From NCBI GenBank assembly GCA_951406725.2, contig OX597820.1, positions 86,366,001 to 86,430,000 of the forward strand: a stretch of 64,000 nucleotides of DNA, read 5' to 3'. This DNA is from Octopus vulgaris (Eukaryota). This document shows, in pieces, positions 51,815-64,000 of the stretch (positions are counted from its first letter, which is position 1; every line of letters begins with the position of its first letter). Both the position numbers and the translations under genes were made by a program. The notes beneath the pieces were generated by a model that saw only the letters and a list, made by a program, of their open reading frames with translations, was not told where the DNA came from and made no database searches.

Positions 51815-52226
51815 AATATATATATATGTGAATATATATATATATATATATATACACTGATTGGTGATACTACACACTGATTGGTCAGAATACAGTTTGC
51901 AAAACCTAGCACTCTGGAGCCTACCCAGCTGTATTTATAGCACAGAATCACTCATCTTGCTACAGTCAAAAATTGTGAAGCATGACTGTCAACACTACTA
52001 CATGAACCCGAAGATTGCAGAATTCAATGCATGAAAGTACTAGTTCAATCAGAATGAATATTTAACATTCTACTATTTCATTTTATTTTATTCAATTATA
52101 ATATATTATCTTATAATATATCATTATAAGATTGTAAATAAAACGTGAAAATCAGACAAGGTTGGAATTCTTTTTATTAATATATTCTTCTATACACAAT
52201 CACACACACCCATATATATATATATC

Positions 52227-52264
<38 letters not shown>

Positions 52265-52281
52265 ATATGTATATGTATATA

Positions 52282-52410
52282 CGACGGCTTCTTTCAGCTT
52301 CCGTCTACCAAATCCACTCACAAGGCTTTGGTCGGCCTAAGCTTTGGCAGAAGACAGTTGCCTAAGGGGCCACGCAGTGGGACTGAATCCCGGACTACGT
52401 GGTTGGGAAA
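52282..52410 (-). mobile_element. Family B SINE, 5' half
   Basis: CGACGGCTTCTTTCAGCTTCCGTCTACCAAATCCACTCACAAGGCTTTGGTCGGCC...GCCACGCAGTGGGACTGAATCCCGG. Confidence 0.8.
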
Positions 52411-52825
52411 CTTCTATTCAATTTTCTGTGTTACGCATTTTTTTCATTATTTCTAAATTATTTGTATCTGGTTGAATTCTCATAAAAGGAGGAGCAGTCA
52501 AACACTGGGTGGGGGTCGATGAAATCGATTAGTCCTTCCACTCAGAATTTCAAACCGTGTTCTTACAGTTGTTGTTGTTGTTGGGGGATGGTGGTGTTGG
52601 TGGATGGTGGTGTTGGTGGCGGTGGTAGTGGTGGTGGTGGTGGTCGTCGTCGTCGTCGTGGAGGTACTATTCGTGGTTGTGGTCGTTGTGGTGGTGATGG
52701 TGGTCGTGATGATGGTGGTCGCGATGATGGTGGTCGTGTTGGTGGTCGTCATCGTGGTCGCTGTCGTGGTAGTCGTCATGGTTGAGGTGGCTGTGGAGAT
52801 GGTTATGCTATTATTTTTATCATTG

Positions 52826-53028
52826 GTAGCTTGCTGGCAGAATCGTTAGCACACCGGACGAAGTGCTTAGCAGCATGGCGGCGTTTCTTCATGCAATAAA
52901 TCCTGCCGAGATCAACTTTGCTTTCCCGCTTTATGGTGTTGAAGAAAGAAGCCTCATTTAAGTACTGGGTTGATGTCATTGATTCAGCCTTTTTCCTAAA
53001 GTTGCTGGCCTTCGACTAGAATTGAAAC

Positions 53029-53068
<40 letters not shown>
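52826..53068 (+). mobile_element. Diverged family A SINE with tail type 1 and (ATT)n
   Basis: GCTGGCAGAATCGTTAGCACACCGGACGAAGTGCTTAGC...AAGTACTGGGTTGATGT...TTGCTGGCCTT...GAAACCATTATT. Confidence 0.75.
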
Positions 53069-53678
53069 GCGACAACATAGACAGAATCGTTTTATTCTCA
53101 ACATTCCAAACAATATTATATATGCAGCACAGGTATTTAGGAATGACATAACACACGAACACAGACAAAGAGACATACAGACAAACAGTCAGACACAGAA
53201 AACAAAGATAAAAAGATAAACGAAGTGACATTCGTCTGTGTGTCATCATAGCTGTGTTTATAATATTACCTATGTATAATTTCCCTTGAGGTTTCAGCTT
53301 GTTGTCGACCAACAGGAGAGGACATACACAAACATACTTCTGTGTACATACATATAAACATAACAGATAAAACACACATATACTGTGATATATATATATA
53401 TACACGCATGTATAGAGAAAAACAAATTTAACATTACCATTTCCTAAGGAAATCTTACATACGCCAGTCTTCTGGATGACACCATGAATTGATCTGTTGG
53501 GGAAGTTTGTTAAGGTATATAATAAGTCTCATTTCTTTCAATTCTTTAATTCTTTCTTTCTTTCAATTCTCTCTCCTCTCACTTTTTACCACTCACAATG
53601 TCTCTTATCTATCCTTTCTCTCTCTTCTCTTTCTTGTTTTCTCTTGCCCACATCACTCTCTCCCACTATGTTTAACCA

Positions 53679-53719
<41 letters not shown>

Positions 53720-54499
53720 TACACACACGCACACACATATAACACACAATTATTTCATCATTCTTATATCTCTTTCTTTTTATCTCTTTAATTCTTTTCC
53801 TCAAAACCTCTCTCTTTCTAACCACTTCTCTTCTCTCCATTATTGCTCTCTCCTTCTATTTTCAGTTTCATCTTTCATTGCTATCAACAGTCTCTCTTTC
53901 AAACCTTCTAAACATATTTCCTGTTTTACTTAACCCTTTCGTTTATTATTAATAATCCTCCGGTCTGTTTATCTCTTTATTTCCTTGCTCAAATCTCTCT
54001 CTTTCTTATTTACTTCTTTCATTTGTATTTCTACTCATTCATTCGTTCTCTTATTATTGAACCCATTCCTCTCTCATTGGTGCACCTACGTTTCCTTAGA
54101 ATCCTATGCCGCCATTTTGTTCTCCTATCTCATTATATTCCCGCTCTCTCATTTAACTCCTAACTGATTTTTCCTATTTTCAACCTTCATTCAGAATAAC
54201 CAGTATCACCTATATCGGCCCTTTTTTATGTCTCTGTCTTACATCTATCTTATTTCATGTTTTCTCTTTTTCGTACTCACCCCATCTCGCAAACATTTCA
54301 CTACCATCGTCTTAGTTATTTAACCATCATTCCTTCACCCATCCCTTTCATTTTATCACACTTTTTTCTATTACTTCTCCTTGACTCTATTATTTGGATA
54401 TTGTTGTTTATATATCTATTAGTTAACGCGTCTCTTCCTCTAAAAAGATATATAAAGTAACTATATGTATGCATATACACGCATACCACCCACCCCATA

Positions 54500-54500
54500 A

Positions 54501-54570
<70 letters not shown>

Positions 54571-54658
54571 TGACAGACGGATAGATAGATAGATAGATAG
54601 ACAAACAGACAGACAAACAGACCGACAGATATACAGACAGACAGACAGACAGACAGAC

Positions 54659-54735
<77 letters not shown>

Positions 54736-54750
54736 TGTAGATAGATAGAT
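54500..54750. repeat. (GATA)n/(GACA)n microsatellite
   Basis: Direct reading. Confidence 0.95.
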
Positions 54751-54795
54751 GATAGTTTAAATCTTTCAATCTGTATAGAGTTATATAAAATTCAC

Positions 54796-54996
54796 GCCTT
54801 GAGTAGCTATTTCCCATTGAGCAAACTGGTTAATGAATTCCCACAGTTGATTAAATCTGTTGGGAGGGTGAATTATTACTAAAGGCACGTTGTATGAAGC
54901 TGCAGTAACAACAGCAGATGGTATTGAAATGGCCTGTATAGAGCCAACGGGAAGATCTGTAGAATCCAGTATGCACAACACATATTTTCCTTCAAA
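54796..54996 (-). CDS. Candidate 201-nt phase 0/0 internal coding exon of an unidentified gene: [67 protein letters not shown]
   Basis: Acceptor gcttttcAG (54998-54997), donor GTGAAT (54795), 67 open codons of normal complexity, higher GC than flanks, no similarity to local repeats. Confidence 0.5.
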
Positions 54997-55581
54997 CTGA
55001 AAAGCATCTTGTAACTCAAAAATATAACAATTGACTACGTTCGAATAAAATAGATTATTGTCAAAAAAAGGTATGTCATACGTAAGATTTCATTTACATC
55101 CAAACAATGCATTGCTGAAAAATTCATTTATTAATGCCAACAGGTAACTTTTAAAAGTAGGGAGACAGAATAGTCACTGGATTCTAGCATAAAACTACAA
55201 TTCTTCTTAAGAAATCTATAATGTAACCAGCATTATTATCATTATAAATTATCTTGAGTGCTACTGAATTAAAAAATTTTTTTCTAATACTGTAAATCAT
55301 GTAAATCTCTAGAGTTACACCCACCACCCGAGAAACAATAAGAAAATGTTACACCTATTTAGATTATAATAGCACGTAATTACATAATCTACAATGAGCT
55401 CAATGGAAAATAATGTACTGTTCATCAAGTAGCGAATTCTGGCACAAACAAGTCGCTAAAGTGTTTAAAACGAGCATAAAACAATGTGTAGTGACAATCA
55501 ATAGCCAGATTGGCAGTGATAAATATACTCTACAATAATATTAAGCACTCATTCTCTCATTAAAGAAGTATATAGCATATA

Positions 55582-55637
<56 letters not shown>

Positions 55638-57379
55638 TGTGTGTGTAAGTGTGTTTATGTGTGCATATAAATATCCTAAGTATCTAAACATATTCTTTAA
55701 CTTTTCACTCTATTCCCTGTCTCATATCTCACTATCTATTTATCTTACTTGCTATCCATTTCTACTACCATTACTAAAATGCACTCTATTGCAATAATAG
55801 TTAATTATACCTACCATCATGATTCCCACTCCTCAATCTATAAACGTTCAATATTTCTAATTAAACATGTATACCATATTACTTTTGCCCAGTCCTGACT
55901 CTACTCCAGTCTGTGAGAGTCTGATCACCAATGACTATAAGTACAATTTTATAGTCCGCTATAAAGCAAAGTAAAACCAACACTGTCATTCAAGCTGATC
56001 TATGATTCAAGCCACGAGTATTGTGATTGTTTATTTGTATCTAAGATTTCATTATCTGCGCGTACTTCCACTTTTAAAACATAGGATATTTTATGATTAA
56101 TGTTTATGAATAGTTATTTGCTATTATCAGCATATGTATTGACAGGTAAAAGATCTCACATTGGTTTCTGAATTAAATGTGTTGAATCCCCAGATAAATC
56201 CCAGATATTCTCTGATCCAACAAACCTAACCAAATGCATTCCCATCGTAACTATCCCAACTTTCTTCTTAGGAATAGCGTATTAGGCAGTGCATTATGTA
56301 ATATTCCTTTTAATGGGTGCTGCTAGTGATTTAAGCGATGTTTGACTGCTGTTTCTAGTATAACATATGACTGCGTACAGCCTTTCTTGTTAGCGGGTAG
56401 GACAAAGCAATTTTCATCGGAATAGTAGAGCCCCGCCTTTGTTTAGCACACAGTTATCTCTGCAAACTATTTTTCTCCTGTGATCTAATATTTATGCTAA
56501 CACGCCACTCTTAATCAACAACAAACCTAATAGGAAAATTAAGAAAAAATTCTTTCCCCATAGGAATACGTCTGTCTATCTGTGCATCTAGCGAAGATTT
56601 CATGTCAGCTTCAATAGTCATTACCTATTGTTTATTTGTGTTTGTAAGTTTGTTTTATCATGCGTAGACGCGAACGTTGGCGTTTACTGAGCCTATGAGA
56701 TTCTATATTTAATAGTTTATTTGTCTAGTTTACTACGTTAATCACATTTAATCTTTTAATCATTCATTATTTATTTCAATAAAACTTTTAGTTGTTTTAT
56801 GGAACCTTTAATTACATATTTTTATAAAGAAATTTAGTTTGTTTTATAAATTCATTTCGATAAAAATTTTAAACATTCTTGTTCGGAGATGGTCCAAGCC
56901 GTAATAGTTCTCTTCTCAGAGTTCACTAAATTCCTGAGGTTCTCTGAAAGAGTTTTTCTTTATGTTTATTTTGATGTTTATCTTGCATTTTTTATTCATT
57001 TGCGCTAATTGGTCAGCGGCCACACTGGAAGCCTTCAAGAGTTTCACTTGATTGTATTGAAACCAAATCGGATGTAAGCCTGGCGTATGCTTTATTCATA
57101 AATATTGAATGACATACAGTTTGAACTAACGAGACACAACATGAAACACTTGTTTACACGGCTAAATAAAAACACAGACACACATACATAAACAACAATA
57201 CATATAATAGCGGCCATAATATAGGGGTCAGTAAGTGTATTGAAATATTTATTATAGAATATTAACAAAGATTAACGTTGAGACTAGATATTTATATTTT
57301 ACACATATCTAGATATCTCTAATATCTATCTTTCGTGAAAATTCGAACTCAGTGGAATAAATATTTCGTAAGTTATAAG

Positions 57380-58395
57380 GAGATACACAAATAATTTTCC
57401 AAACTACAATAGCCAAAAGTTAAGGGTCACTTAGAAAAACAATGAAAAATGAAATAAGAACAAAAACGAAACCCTTACTATTGTTATTTTGTGAACATCC
57501 CTTTACTCTTGATGACCTCCCGACGTCTGTTACCACAGGACTGAATTAATTTCTTGCAAACTGATGGAGTAATATTGTTCCATTCGTTTTTCAATAATTC
57601 CCAGAGTTCATCTTGGTTCTCTAGATTTCTCCTTTGTGCCCCATCTCCAATAATCTTCCAAACGTTTTCTATTGGGTTGAGATCGGGATTTTGAGGTGGG
57701 CACTTCATCAATCAAAACTTTTTTGATTTTCTTGGCAGTGTGACAGGAAGTGATGACCTACACGAAGATAGGAGGTTGAACTGACGAGGATCGGAAATGT
57801 GGAAGGCCATGCTGTCTAAGAATCCGCTTGTAGATTTCAGCATTGACAGTCCCTTGTAGGCGAATAAGTAAACCAGGACCAGCAGCAGAGATGACTCCTC
57901 ATACCATCACACTACCTCCTCCAAATTTTACTGTCTTCTTCAGACATGCCTGAAATAAAATATGGACTATACCTCAATGCAAGCTGATGACGCAAACTCT
58001 TCGGCCTCGAGCGCAAGGATTCTTAAAAATTTCCTTGATCTGGTACTTTCTTAAACTGAAAACGTTAAGTTTCTGGTCGGTGACTTCCTGATAAAAGTTC
58101 GTATTAGAAACATACGCCACCCTACTTGTTGATTAGTGAAGAAAATATAAACGTTTTTTGTCACAAGTCCAACTGTTCTAGGGGAGCTAACTCCGTCTCC
58201 CAGAAGGAGTTTTCGCTTATAAAAAGATTTAGTTTCAGGAGTGTTTTATCATCACCAAGCAGACCAAGACTAATTTTTACCCCCATTAGTAATTAAGTTA
58301 TGTGCCTCTGGCCAGTAGCTGTATTGCCTGTTTTGTTAAGTGCAATAATAGACGTGAAAATAATGGTAACTTTCTAACCGGCCAAACAGCTACAT
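57380..58395 (-). mobile_element. Tc1-like (DD34E) transposon relic
   Basis: Minus translation KKTVKFGGGSVMV*GVISAAGPGLLIRLQGTVNAEIYKRILRQH...CHTAKK...PPQNPDLNPIENVWKII...LKNEWNNI...LIQSCGNRRREVIKSKGMFTK; ends approximate. Confidence 0.9.
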
Positions 58396-58506
58396 AATGT
58401 GTGTATATATGTGTGTGTGCATGTGTGTCTGTGTATGTTGTGTGTGGGCGTGTGTGTGTGCGTGTTGTGTGTGTCCGGTGATATGTGTGAATGTGTATAT
58501 ATTATA

Positions 58507-58803
58507 GTGAAGGCGCGTGGCTTTGTGTTTAGGGTATTCGGCTCATGATTGTAAGATCGTAAGTACGGTGTCCTTGAGCAATGTACTTTATTTTATGATA
58601 CTCCAATCCATTGAGTTGGCAAAAAAGGAATAGTTTTCCTCTTCGAAAAATGTGTAGTCCTTACCTTGTCACATTCTTCGTCACACTGAATCTCCCTGAG
58701 AACTACATTATGGGTACGCGTGACTGTGGGTTGTTAAGCCACTTGCACGTTAATTTCACAAGCATATTAGATCAGTCGTCGTCGTAAACGACGGAGTGCC
58801 AGT
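58507..58803 (+). mobile_element. Diverged relative of family C SINE with a different 3' tail
   Basis: GTGAAGGCGCGTGGCT...GTGTCCTTGAGCAATGTACTTTATTT...CTCCAATCCA matches the 33671 head and core; downstream sequence is unrelated to the 33830-34010 tail. Confidence 0.7.
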
Positions 58804-59167
58804 TACATAAGCATTTACCACACATCATGAAAGAGATGTCAGACACTGTGAGACGCTTTCTCACAAAAGCCGATAATTACTTCCCAAGTTTAGAGAAATA
58901 TCTCAAAATATACAATACAAACACTTTCAAAGTTAGTTGTACTTGCCTCTCAAAAATAGGTTCACAAATCTTCAACCATAGCAAAAAGCATTTAATTTAA
59001 GTAACACCCCACTAATACTACGTAACTTCAGAGTCCCACAAAGACCTGGGCCGCAATTTCCTGGATCAGCTGAAATTTACTTTCTGTCAGTTGGCTGTTG
59101 TCACTGTTCAGTGAAGACATTTGCTTTTTCAGTCTTTTATTCAATTTTTTTTCATTAAAATACCTTC

Positions 59168-59545
59168 GCAGGAGTGGCAGTGTGGTAAGTAGCTTGCTTA
59201 CCAACCACATAGTTCCGGGTTCCGTCCCACTGCGTGGAACCTCGGGTAAATGTCTTCTGCTATAGCCTCGGGTTGACCAAAGCCTTGTGAGTGGATTTTG
59301 TAGAGGGAAACTGAAAGAAGCCCGTCGTATATATATATGTATATATATGTGTGTGTTTGCTTTTGTCTGTGTTTGTCCCCCAAACATCGCTTGATAACCG
59401 ATGCTGGTGTGTTAACGTCCCTTAACCTAGTGGTTCGGCAAAAAGAGACCTGGGGTCAATTTGCTCGACTAAAGGCGGTGCTCCAGCATGGCTGCAGTCA
59501 AATGACTGAAACAAGTAAAAGAGTAAAAGAGAGTAAAGAGAGAGA
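59168..59545 (+). mobile_element. Family B SINE, near full length
   Basis: A box TGGCAGTGTGG, B box GGGTTCCGTCCC, internal (TA)n(TG)n, tail CAAATGACTGAAACAAGTAAAAGAGTAAAAGAG. Confidence 0.9.
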
Positions 59546-62500
59546 GAGTTCTGGTTACGGTTTTTCCTATCACGTTACTGTAAACGTTGAGTATGCTTTC
59601 CTTTCGCTTTGTTGTAAGATATAATCTCTTCTACAAAGTTTTATCTCTCAAACATTTTTCTGTATTGACCTCTTTCTCAGAATGTTTCATTTCTAAGAAA
59701 TAGACCTTTTCATTTAGTTTTACAATCCTGACATTGAGAAGAGACTTCGCATCATCTGCTACTTTACTGGTTATATTGCCCACATTTTTCATTAGTCGTC
59801 AACGAATTTCTGTAAATAATTTATCTTTTCTTGTTTTTGAGCAGAAAATACTTTTGTCAAATCTTTATCTAGAATTGCATTTCCCACAAACTGCTGAGCA
59901 TTTTTCTTATTTTCCACCAGACCTGTGCAACCAAGGTTTAGACCACCTCAGAAAACACGTCAGCATACCTCACTAGCAGCTGCCTCGGCTGCAACATTTG
60001 AGCGTCATCCAAGCACTGACAACTCTGTGCAAACAGCTCCTGCAAATACACTGGCAGACCCCCCCCTCCTCCTACTACACTCCTTCTGCAAGTACGTAGC
60101 TCGTAGGACAAATAGTGTACAACAGTGGAAATCCAACAAAAAAAAAACAACATACGGAAAATGGACGATAACATAACAAACGGGAAACTGAGCAAAAACA
60201 AGATGCACGGACCATTCAGAGCCGATTTCCTCGTCAGTCCGTGTCCAGAAATTCATAAGAGTTTCGCGCTTTTTTACCCCTGAGACCGCTCGAATTCGGA
60301 AAGCGCCAGAGTAGTAAGCTAAAATCATTAAGCTTCTGAGAAAAGCAAACAAATGTATACAAGAACGAAAATAAGAACACAAACAAGAACAAGAAAGCAA
60401 GAATTAAACACATACAACAGAAGAACGCCTTTCGACTATACAACAAAACGAAAATGATTGTACATATACAAATAAATAAATAACAGAAAGAGTATTTCGA
60501 CTATTAGACGGACGTAACGTGATGAACTAATAATACAAGTGCAACGAAAAATGATTTATACATATACAGTAGACAAACGCCTTTCAGATATACAACTAAA
60601 TGAAAATAATTGTACAATTACAACATAAATAAATAACAGAAAGCGTCGTTCAACTATCAGACGGACGTAGTAGGATAGCGCAAAGGAGAAGTGGAAAGTC
60701 TTAACAGAAAGAGCGGAAGGACAGACGAAAATATATATATATATATATACACATACACAATTATAATTATACATGTACATATATATATATGTACATGTGT
60801 GTGTGTTTGTGTATGAATTACAGAATTGATATCCCAGTCAAAGAATTATTTCAATAAAGACAATTTTATAGCAATGCTTTGTTCAACCTTTCTTGAGACT
60901 TTTTTTTTTTTGGTTCTCGGTCGTTTTTTTTTTATTCATTATATTCTTCTGCATTGCCGAGTGAAAAATCTTATTGGAAGCAATTTAAAGTTATAATAAC
61001 CCAAGGGAAAGAGGAGGGAAGCATTCACAAACGGACAAACGAAAACCATATAGAGGTATACTGAGATAACCATTATAATAAGAAGAAGCAAATATAAAAT
61101 AAAAGACTATAAAGACAAAAATTTATACATAATACAAAAAATGAAAACAATGTAGAAAGTAAATTAAACAGGGGACAGAAGTGTCTACTGCTCCTATCGT
61201 GATTTATAGAGCTATTTAGGATTCCGAGACTACGGCACTTATAGCGCCATTCAAAAACTTACTGCTAATGGGTCAAGTACACAGATAAGAAGAGACCTTG
61301 TCTCTGTCTCTCACTTGACAAAAGTATTCGATTTAAGTGACGAATGCAAAGCATACCTCGAAATTATACGGTTGGTAGTCATTTGTATATTTTGCCGAGT
61401 AAAATTTGAACAGATTTGAAAGCCAAAAAAATCTGTCTAATGATAGTTTAATTGTTTTAAAAATTTTTCGGCAAAAAGACTTTTTCAAAGAGAGGTTAGT
61501 AGAACAAAGATAACAAAGATACGTTAAGATAATCGTATTCAATACAATGGTTGATCGCAAAAGTTTTATCTGCAGCATCTGACTAGCGGGAAATTTTCAT
61601 TTATGCACCTGCTGCTATAACTTCTGAACAATGTTGTTGTCATCAAGATAATTGCCCGTCTCTCTACTTAGTCAGCATTCGTCTAGACACCATTAACTTC
61701 CCAATGAAAATGTCATTTTGATCTATTTTTAAAAGGGAAATACTAATACTGTTTGCAACTCACGTAAGTCTTGGTTTCAGATCTGTTAATCATTTTCTTC
61801 AAATATCTCCTCAAAATTTTTCAAACCTTATTGCACATATATCTACATTATTGTGTTGTGTATTTGTGTGTGTGTGGGGGGGTGTAATTTGCTTGTGTAT
61901 ACATTTAGAGAGTGAGAAAGGCATGTACGCTGTGTACGTATGTCTCTAAGTATACACACCCACATATGTATGTATGGATATTAGTATGTATGTATCATTA
62001 TCCTTTGAGTTTTATTTAAGTTCTTGAGAGTTTGAGATGGTCGCTAAGAAAGCAACAAAACTTTTTGAGTTAAGATAGTTCTCATTACTAGCAAATATGT
62101 GGTAGAGTTGGTAAGTTGTTTGAACTGTGATGCATACCACTAAGTGTGTGTATCTATTTACAAACAGGATCTCAAATGGTAAATTTGTGGAATGACTAAC
62201 AAATTTTCACTGCCCCACTAATAGTTTGGACTTCGAGAATCCGCGTCATTTTCTTTTGTTCTTTTTCCATGAAACCAAGTATTTCTAGATTTTAGTGCAA
62301 ATTTGTTGGTACAAAACGTAATCCACCTATGATGATATGTATGTATGTATGTTTGTGCAAATATTCTTCTAAAAAATATTTTCTTTTAATTTTTCCAAAA
62401 TTTAATTGTTTTCCATACTTACAGTTGAAAGAGTTTCAATGACTGAAACCGGTACTGAAATGTTTTTATAATATTATTTTAGTATTTTCTATCTTGACTT

Positions 62501-62547
62501 TTTTTCATATTTATCAACTCGTGTGTTCCTTTTCAACCTTCTATATA

Positions 62548-62678
<131 letters not shown>

Positions 62679-62796
62679 ATATATATATGTTTATATATAT
62701 ATATATATAGGGAGAGTTAACGAAAAAACAAAAGACAAAGACAGGTGGTGTACAAACAAACATATGTATTAGTATAACGCTCAGGAATAGAAAAGT

Positions 62797-62832
62797 CTTT
62801 TACGTTTCGAGCCTGCGCTCTTCTACAGAAAG
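62797..62832 (-). ncRNA. Hammerhead-like motif, family H2 (variant core CTGTAGA)
   Basis: Minus: CTTT-CTGTAGA-A-GAGC-GCAG-GCTC-GAAAC-GTA-AAAG; stem I CTTT/AAAG and stem II GAGC/GCTC intact. Confidence 0.6.
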
Positions 62833-62924
62833 GGACACAGAAAAAACAAGGAGAGAATATATATATATATATATATAAATATATAATAATAATACATACA
62901 TATACCCACCTTTCTTGGTTCAAA

Positions 62925-63180
62925 AATAGGAAAAAAATGAATTGTCAAATTTGAGTGTGTTCATCGATACTTTGAAAGGTAGGGACGCTAAATATGATAT
63001 AAAATGGGCAATTATTAGTAGCACTTCACCGTATCCTATTGAAAAACCGAAATATGATCTATCCTTGGAAGAAATATTCCATACTTTTACCTCTATTTGC
63101 AGTTTATTAAATGGAAATATCAGTAAATTCACACATTCATTTAGAAAAGTACTTAGGTATTTTCAAAATAAGACTTTTTA
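62925..63180 (+). mobile_element. Degenerate C-terminus of a Penelope-like GIY-YIG ORF (different clade from 6560-7265)
   Basis: LSVFIDTLKGRDAKYDIKWAIISSTSPY...YDLSLEEIFH...SLLN resembles the LSxYIWxLK...Y.IKWxI...PY...CxLCLxEK...LLN pattern. Confidence 0.65.
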
Positions 63181-64000
63181 ATTAGAAATCACTTAGATAT
63201 TAGCGCACATATGTTAACCTGGTCAAATAAAAAATTATATTTAGTTAGAATTTAACAAATTCACACTAAACCTTACAATTACAGGGTTTTTGTGAATTGG
63301 GAAAAAATATTATTAGAATTTCAACTTACAATTTTTATCTCAAATTAACAAAACTTCTAACATTCAAAAATGTATAAAACATTATTCTTATGGACTGGTC
63401 TGATTACCCAAATTGAAACGAAGATTTATCCCCTCTTTCTATTCCTCTTAAATCTATCCGTTTGTCTTATATGGTATCATATTCTCTTTGTGAATGGTCA
63501 GTGATGTGAATGTGTCCTAACCGAATTAAGGTTTCTTTCTACTACAATGTATATGAAATATTCTGTTCCACAAATATCTAAAATGATCTTATAAATTTAA
63601 GTGATACCAGGACTATCGCCATACTGCTATTTCAACGCAAACTCTACTGTCGTGTAACCTGAGGTTTTATGATCTCTCGCCTTTAAGAAGGATTACTTGG
63701 ACAATCAGTTAGCTTCACTCAACCATATCGGTAAAATCGTGAATAAGGTTGTATAGAAATGTCTGACTTAGAAGAATATGTACTGAAACCGAACCAACTA
63801 AATGCACATAAATACTAAATCGAAGACCACTACAACACTTATCCAGCAAAAACACGTGTCAGCTTCTAATTTAATGAGAATTATACTGTAATAAATAAAT
63901 TTTGAAGACATATAATACTCTATTCTTTTCTCTCTCTCTGTGTGTGTGTGTGTGTTTGTGTGTGTTTGTCCGTGTGAGAGAAAGAGTGTCTGTGTGTATT

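Noticed and set aside
59920-60110. GC-richer stretch after a + strand acceptor-like TTTTCCACCAG
   Set aside because: No recognisable protein motif or convincing donor; may be a degenerate retroelement.
60205-60245. Hammerhead-like CTGACGAG...GAATGGTC with CACGGA/TCCGTG stem (minus)
   Set aside because: GAAA core and NUH geometry are not satisfied; too degenerate to call.

Overview
AT-rich, microsatellite-saturated eukaryotic (animal) DNA with no prokaryotic features. The repeat landscape (three tRNA-derived SINE families, Penelope-like elements, R4/Dong- and other RLE-type LINE ends, mariner/Tc1 relics, small Helitrons, very long (TA)n/(ATT)n/(TACA)n tracts) resembles an octopus/coleoid cephalopod genome; this is inferred from pattern recognition, not a database match. 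Nearly all ORFs in the supplied track are microsatellite or satellite artefacts. The only plausible host-gene signals are one good candidate minus-strand exon (54796-54996) and a weaker one (39799-39862). Highlights: (1) several minimal type-I hammerhead ribozyme motifs, including a family that joins a tRNA-like Pol III B-box to a hammerhead (retrozyme-like) and a second family with a repeated non-canonical CUGUNGA core; (2) a ~7 kb modular fold-back satellite (32-bp, 12-13-bp and ~200-bp units that switch orientation near 12435) sitting inside the second copy of an old ~4.45 kb tandem duplication that splits a mariner element; (3) a SINE-head/Dong-LINE-tail chimera fused at the point where that SINE family swaps 3' tails; (4) a tRNA-like unit with upstream TATA and T8 terminator inside direct+inverted repeats. 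All coordinates were read by eye and may be off by a few bases.
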